From NCBI GenBank assembly GCA_041662665.1, contig JBAZSC010000002.1, positions 5,735-69,734 on the forward strand: a stretch of DNA of 64,000 bases. The letters run 5' to 3'. The notes under the pieces were generated by a model. The model worked only from the letters and a program-made list of their open reading frames with translations. It did no database searches and was not told where the DNA came from. Origin of the DNA: Patescibacteria group bacterium (GTDB taxonomy: Bacteria; Patescibacteriota; JABMPQ01; JAQVVF01). The first letter of the stretch is position 1. Each line of letters begins with the position of its first letter. Below are positions 57,116-64,000 of this stretch, one piece after another. The position numbers and the translations under genes are program-made.

Positions 57116-58381
57116 TTACAAACTCAACAATTTTAAATATTCATCCTTATTCTCTATCGGTCCAATGATTGATAAATTCAATTTTTCGTTAACAAAAATT
57201 TCTTGAGCAATTTTTTGAACATCTTCTACTGTTACTGCATCGATTTTTTTAAATTTTTCTTCTATGGTCTCTATTTTATTTTTCAAAACTTCCTGCATTG
57301 AAAAAAACATTGCTTTTTCATCAGAAGATTCCAAGCCAATCAAAGTCCTGCCCTTAATAAATTCTTTTGCCTTTTTTAATTCTTTTTCAGAAACTTTTAC
57401 GTCTTTTATTTTTTTAAATTCATCAATACAAACCTTTATTGCATCATCAGCATTTTCATTTTTAACACCAGCTTGGACAACCATATATCCAGAATCAGTA
57501 TATTCCTCTGAATTTGCCCGAACATAATAAGCTAATCCTCTTTTTTCTCTAATTTCCGAAAATAATCTAGAGCTCATTCCGCCACCTAAAATTACTGACA
57601 ACAATAACAATGGATAACGTTTTTCCGAAAACATATCAAAGCTTCTTACTCCTAAACATAAATGCGTTTGATCAGTTTTTTTATTAAAAACTAAAATCTC
57701 TGACTTTTCTTGCTTTTCAATAACTTTTTCTTTATCAACTTTTTTTCCATCGATAAACTCACCTAAATATTTTTCTGCCAAATCCATACTTTCTTTTTCA
57801 TCAATATTTCCAGCCATACAGACAACTGCATTTTTTATCAAATAGTGACTTTTAAAATAATTTACAAAATCATCACGCTTGACTCCCAAAATTGATTCTT
57901 TATGTCCAACAATTAATTCTCCTGCTGGTGTATTTCCATACAACAATTTTTCAAATAATTCAGAAACATAATTGGCTGGCATATCACGATACATATTCAT
58001 TTCTTCAATTATAACACCGCGTTCTTTTTCCAATTCACTAGCATCAAATTTAGAATGTAATAAAATATCAGAAACAAAATCAACGCCTCGCTCAATATGC
58101 TTAGAAGCAACCTTGGCATAATATCCAGTATATTCTTTTGAAGTAAAAGCATTGTATTCTCCTCCAACCTCATCCAAATATTCTGAAATTGCCATCGAAT
58201 CTGGTCTTTTTGTAGTACCTTTAAAAAACATATGCTCCAAAAAATGCGATAATCCAGCTATCTTGTCAGTTTCATATTTTGAACCAACTCCAAAAAGAAC
58301 TAAAAAAGTTGCTGTATCAATATCTTTTACAGGCACATGAATAAATCTCAAACCTGATTTTAAACTTGTTTTTTTATACAT
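57116..58381 (-). CDS. M16 family zinc peptidase
   Basis: HFLEH, NAFTSKEYT and SSRLFSEIREKRGLAY. Confidence 0.92.
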   Translation of the reverse strand: MYKKTSLKSGLRFIHVPVKDIDTATFLVLFGVGSKYETDKIAGLSHFLEHMFFKGTTKRPDSMAISEYLDEVGGEYNAFTSKEYTGYYAKVASKHIERGVDFVSDILLHSKFDASELEKERGVIIEEMNMYRDMPANYVSELFEKLLYGNTPAGELIVGHKESILGVKRDDFVNYFKSHYLIKNAVVCMAGNIDEKESMDLAEKYLGEFIDGKKVDKEKVIEKQEKSEILVFNKKTDQTHLCLGVRSFDMFSEKRYPLLLLSVILGGGMSSRLFSEIREKRGLAYYVRANSEEYTDSGYMVVQAGVKNENADDAIKVCIDEFKKIKDVKVSEKELKKAKEFIKGRTLIGLESSDEKAMFFSMQEVLKNKIETIEEKFKKIDAVTVEDVQKIAQEIFVNEKLNLSIIGPIENKDEYLKLLSL

Positions 58382-58395
58382 AATTATTATTTATT

Positions 58396-59370
58396 TTATG
58401 TCTCTTTTTTTGCTAAATTTTCATTTAAATATAATTGATAATCAAGCCTTGCCTGAATTTTTAATGTTTCTTCAAAATTGGCTAAAAGATCTGGATAGGC
58501 TGCATATCTATCCAATTTTCTCGCATTATCTTCCCTCAAATTCATCAAAAACCAATCTTCGCCTTTTTCTTTTTCCTTCATTTCTTCACTATCTGTTCTT
58601 ATCCATCTATTTCTTCCATTTCTTTTTGCCATATAAGCAGCAAAATCAGCATCTTTTCTTTCATCAACAAATGGCATTTTACTATCTTCTTTATGAATTA
58701 TTTTTACTCCAATACTTGCAGTTAAATTACCTAAATCATGCCCTAAATCAATTGAACGAACAGAATCCATGAAACGATTCATTACTTTATCAATATCTCC
58801 TTCCTTTACTCTTGTTAATGCAAAACAAAATTCATCGCCTCCACCCATTCTACCGCCAAAATCAGTTTTCCTTCTCTTTGACATCGAAACCTCTCCAAAT
58901 TCTCCGACTTTAAGATCAGCAGCATCATGACCTAAAATATCATTTGTTTTTTTAAATTTATCCAAATCAACTGCTAATAACACCAAAACTTCACCAGGCT
59001 TATAATTATCCATATGCTCAATTTCAACATCAAACAATCTAGCAAAAGTTTCTTTTCTCCAAAGACCAGTTAATTCATCCTTTTCGCCATTAATTCTTTC
59101 TTGAGCCATTTCTCGAGCTTGTTCCTTCAAGGATTCTAGCTGTTCTCTAAACACATCCTCTGGCACACCCTTTTTTGCAATAGCCGGACCAAATCGTCTT
59201 TCCATTAAATCTACATAAATTCTTCTCGCTTCTCTGGCCTCTACTCCTTTTCCTCCATCTTCCAATTCTTCAGTAGTTGGAACTTCTTCGATCCCAGGTC
59301 TTGTAAAAGTTCTTCCTTCTTCTCCTCTTTCTTCTTCTGGATTAAATGTAGGCACATCACCTGTTGGCAT
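58396..59370 (-). CDS. GGDEF-domain protein
   Basis: DELTGL, DLDKFKKTNDILGHDAAD, RMGGGDEF, TASIG and AYMAKRNGRN. Confidence 0.85.
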   Translation of the reverse strand: MPTGDVPTFNPEEERGEEGRTFTRPGIEEVPTTEELEDGGKGVEAREARRIYVDLMERRFGPAIAKKGVPEDVFREQLESLKEQAREMAQERINGEKDELTGLWRKETFARLFDVEIEHMDNYKPGEVLVLLAVDLDKFKKTNDILGHDAADLKVGEFGEVSMSKRRKTDFGGRMGGGDEFCFALTRVKEGDIDKVMNRFMDSVRSIDLGHDLGNLTASIGVKIIHKEDSKMPFVDERKDADFAAYMAKRNGRNRWIRTDSEEMKEKEKGEDWFLMNLREDNARKLDRYAAYPDLLANFEETLKIQARLDYQLYLNENLAKKET

Positions 59371-59428
59371 ATTTTTTCAATTATATTTTATAATCAAATT
59401 ATACTAAAAATTATTCATAATGTAAAAC

Positions 59429-59459
59429 AAAAACCGCTCAAAATATTCAAGCGGTTTTT
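59429..59459 (-). terminator. terminator downstream of the glycine--tRNA ligase gene
   Basis: AAAAACCGCT/AGCGGTTTTT. Confidence 0.65.
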
Positions 59460-59468
59460 AAAATATTT

Positions 59469-60782
59469 TTAATATCCTATTTTTTTCTCAAAATAATCTT
59501 TTAATCCCTCAATTTCAACTCTTTCTTGTTCCATTGAGTCTCGATCTCTAACAGTCACTTTTTTATCTTCCAAACTATCAAAATCAATAGTCACACAATA
59601 TGGTGTCCCAATCTCATCTTGTCTTCTGTATAATTTTCCAATACTTCCAGAATCATCATACATTGAAACAAATTTTGTTTTTAAATCATTAAATATTTTT
59701 CTTGCCAAATCAGTAATTTCAGTTTTATTTTTTGCTAATGGTAAAACTGCAATTTTAATAGGTGCAATTTTTGGATGAAATTTTAATACCACTCTAACTT
59801 GATCTTTAACGGATTCTTCATGATAAGCATCTACCAAAAATGCTAAACAAGCTCGATCAGCACCAGCTGAAGTCTCAATAATGTTCGGAACAAATTTTGT
59901 GTTCAGCTTAGTATCGAAATATGACAGGTCTTGTTTTGAAGATTTTGCATGATTAGAAAGATCCCAATCACCACGATCATGAATACCTTCTAATTCTTTA
60001 TTATCAAAAGGAAAATCATATTCAATATCAAAAGCAGCTTTAGCATAATGCGCTAAATCTTCTTTTGCATGTTCATGAAATTTTAATTTTTCTGGATTTA
60101 TGCCAAGATCAACATACCATTGCATTCTCAATTTTTTCCATTCTTCAAAATATTTTTCATTCTCACCTGGTCTTATAAAAAATTGTTGCTCCATTTGTTC
60201 AAATTCTCTCATTCTGTAAGTAAAATTACCTGGTGTAATTTCATTGCGAAAAGCTTTTCCAATTTGTGCAATACCAAAAGGAATCTTTGGTCTCATTGTA
60301 TCTAAAACATTTTTAAAATTAACATAAATACCTTGGCAAGTTTCAGCCCGAAGATAAGTAATACTTGAATCATTTTCAAGTGGACCAACAAATGTCTTCA
60401 TCATTAAATTAAATTTTCTAACCTCGCCCAATTCACCACCACATTCTGGACATTTTGTAATTGCTTGCTCCTTCAAATGATCTGCGCGAAACCTTTTGTT
60501 GCATTTTTTACATTCTGCCATTGGGTCTGCAAAACCAGCTGACAAATGGCCAGATGCATACCAAACTTTTGGCGACATTAAAATCGAAGCATCTAATCCG
60601 ACAATGTCTTCTCGATCATGAACCATTGTTTTCCACCATTGTTGCTTAATATTATTTTTTAATTCAACTCCAATTGGACCGTAATCATAACAAGAAGAAA
60701 ATCCACCATAAATTTCTGAAGACGGAAATATAAATCCGCGTCTTTTTGCTAATGATACAATTTTATCCATTAAATTTTCCAT
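59469..60782 (-). CDS. glyQS: glycine--tRNA ligase (homodimeric type)
   Basis: KRRGFIFPSSEIYGG, YLRAET, GKAFRNEITP, REFEQME and YRRQDEIGTP. Confidence 0.95.
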   Translation of the reverse strand: MENLMDKIVSLAKRRGFIFPSSEIYGGFSSCYDYGPIGVELKNNIKQQWWKTMVHDREDIVGLDASILMSPKVWYASGHLSAGFADPMAECKKCNKRFRADHLKEQAITKCPECGGELGEVRKFNLMMKTFVGPLENDSSITYLRAETCQGIYVNFKNVLDTMRPKIPFGIAQIGKAFRNEITPGNFTYRMREFEQMEQQFFIRPGENEKYFEEWKKLRMQWYVDLGINPEKLKFHEHAKEDLAHYAKAAFDIEYDFPFDNKELEGIHDRGDWDLSNHAKSSKQDLSYFDTKLNTKFVPNIIETSAGADRACLAFLVDAYHEESVKDQVRVVLKFHPKIAPIKIAVLPLAKNKTEITDLARKIFNDLKTKFVSMYDDSGSIGKLYRRQDEIGTPYCVTIDFDSLEDKKVTVRDRDSMEQERVEIEGLKDYFEKKIGY

Positions 60783-60903
60783 ATAAATCACTTAAACACT
60801 AAAACACTCGAAACAAAAAAACAATCAAGTATTTTAGGTTTTGTTTATAAATTTACAACTAAATTTTACCATAAAAAAACTGGATCATCAATGAAATCCA
60901 GTA

Positions 60904-62265
60904 TTACGAAAAGTTCTTCAAAATTCCACGAGCTGCAATCACTCCAGTTGCAGCTGCTCCAACAATATTTCCAGAAACACCAGCACCATCACCAGCCATA
61001 AAAAGTCCAGGCATTTTTGTCATCAAATTTACATCAGTACCAATTCTTGATGACCTAGGTTTCAATTCTGGTGCATACAAAAGAGTTGAACCATCATTAA
61101 TACCAGGCATTACTCTTTCCAAAATTTCCAATCCCTCCAATAGATTTGTCACAATCCTTCCTGACAATGCCATTGCAATATCACCCGGCGTTACATCCTC
61201 CAAAGTTGGACGAACATTGCTCTTTCTAATTCTATCCCACGTACTTCTCCTACCTGCTCTCAAATCAGCCAATCTTTGCAAAACTGGTCTTCCTCCACCC
61301 AAAGTCGTCGCAACTTTCGCAATAGCTTGAGCATAAAGCGTTGTATTCTCTATTGGCGCATCCAATTGCACTTCTGTCAAAAAAGCAAAGTTTGAATTGC
61401 CAGAATCATGCTTTGAACTTGAATGACCATTGACACCTACAAAACCTTCATCATAATTCTCTGTTGCAACCTTACCTCCAGGACAAGGACAAAAAGTCCT
61501 GACCAAATCATCATGAGTAGGAGTTTGGATTAAAAAGATTGCTTCATACATTACATCTGCATATTTTCTCATAATTACTTCTGGAAATTCAACTCGAACA
61601 CCAATCAACACCTTTTCATAGCTCAAACCAAGATTAAAATGCTTAGCCAATCTTTGTAGCCAAGTTGCTCCAGGACGACCAGGTACCAACAAAACATTAT
61701 CTGCCAAAATAATATCTCCACCACTTATTACTACACCCTTGCATTTTCCTTCAACTTCATGAAGTCTCTCAATAAAACAACAAGTGCGAAAAACAACTCC
61801 GTGTGCAATCAGATGATCCTGAAAACTTTGCATTACTTTAGGCAATTTGTCCGAACCAACATGTCGAACTCTTCTTGGAACCAACCTCATTCCCTGAATC
61901 AATGCTTCATCAACCAATCTTCTCACTACATCTTGATCTTCATCTTTTGGAAAATAATTTTCTGGAGCACCATGTTTTGTAAATGACCTATCAACGCCAT
62001 CAACAACTCTCTGGTATTCTGACAATCCAACTAAACTCAACATTGTCTCATGACTCAAAACAGGCGTCACATGAAGCTTTCCATCAGAAAAAGTCCCTGA
62101 TCCACCTACGCCATTCATAATGTCTTTCTTTGTTCTATCTTGAACCAGCTTACCTTTCTCAACAATACAAACCTTCAAATCAGGCCTCATCGAAACCAAC
62201 TCATACGCTGCAAACAAACCAGCCGGCCCAGCACCTACGATCACAACATCGAACTTGTCTGGCAT
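60904..62265 (-). CDS. FAD-dependent oxidoreductase (uncharacterised family)
   Basis: VGAGPAG, GVGGSGTFSDGKL, RTFC.CP.G.V, VNGHS and AGDGAG. Confidence 0.85.
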   Translation of the reverse strand: MPDKFDVVIVGAGPAGLFAAYELVSMRPDLKVCIVEKGKLVQDRTKKDIMNGVGGSGTFSDGKLHVTPVLSHETMLSLVGLSEYQRVVDGVDRSFTKHGAPENYFPKDEDQDVVRRLVDEALIQGMRLVPRRVRHVGSDKLPKVMQSFQDHLIAHGVVFRTCCFIERLHEVEGKCKGVVISGGDIILADNVLLVPGRPGATWLQRLAKHFNLGLSYEKVLIGVRVEFPEVIMRKYADVMYEAIFLIQTPTHDDLVRTFCPCPGGKVATENYDEGFVGVNGHSSSKHDSGNSNFAFLTEVQLDAPIENTTLYAQAIAKVATTLGGGRPVLQRLADLRAGRRSTWDRIRKSNVRPTLEDVTPGDIAMALSGRIVTNLLEGLEILERVMPGINDGSTLLYAPELKPRSSRIGTDVNLMTKMPGLFMAGDGAGVSGNIVGAAATGVIAARGILKNFS

Positions 62266-62277
62266 CTCCTTCCTCCC

Positions 62278-62372
62278 TTGTCCGCCGAAGTTCCGCAGAA
62301 CGAAGGCGGAATTTGTCCACCTAGCTCCGCAGAGCGAAGGCGAACTCGTTGTCCACCTAGCTAAACGAAAGC
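62278..62372. repeat. cluster of three degenerate REP-like units
   Basis: TTGTCCGCCGAAG...CGAAGGCGGA, TTGTCCACCTAGC...CGAAGGCG and TTGTCCACCTAGC...CGAAAGC. Confidence 0.7.
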
Positions 62373-62387
62373 AAAAACGAACATTGT

Positions 62388-64000
<1,613 letters not shown>

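Overview
This is a 64 kb, AT-rich, gene-dense chromosomal segment, mostly on the minus strand. Its gene content and style suggest a Patescibacteria/CPR bacterium (inference). The housekeeping backbone includes recQ, ndk, a split comEC, ftsA-ftsZ, dgkA-ybeY-rpsU-hisS-lepB, LCP-der-pth, mfd, dprA-topA, relA/spoT, parAB, tRNA-Leu(CAA), glyA, tsaC, a glmS-yvcK-glmU cluster, udk, leuS, tatD, metG, rsmI, glyQS and tgt. Orphan genes are interspersed. Main observations: (1) a probable stand-alone diversity-generating retroelement (DGR) target with an adenine-depleted 3' end and no RT or TR in the window; (2) two classes of gene starts, where most core genes lack a Shine-Dalgarno (SD) sequence while orphan genes carry strong SDs, often next to a boxA-like GTTCTTT motif; (3) a promoter-linked ~118-nt hairpin RNA that displays an anti-SD sequence; (4) about ten families of short-period intergenic repeats, some inserted in-frame into genes; (5) a LeuRS with an inserted alpha/beta-hydrolase domain; (6) a free-standing LAGLIDADG gene abutting the tRNA. 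All product calls come from motif recognition by eye, not from database searches.
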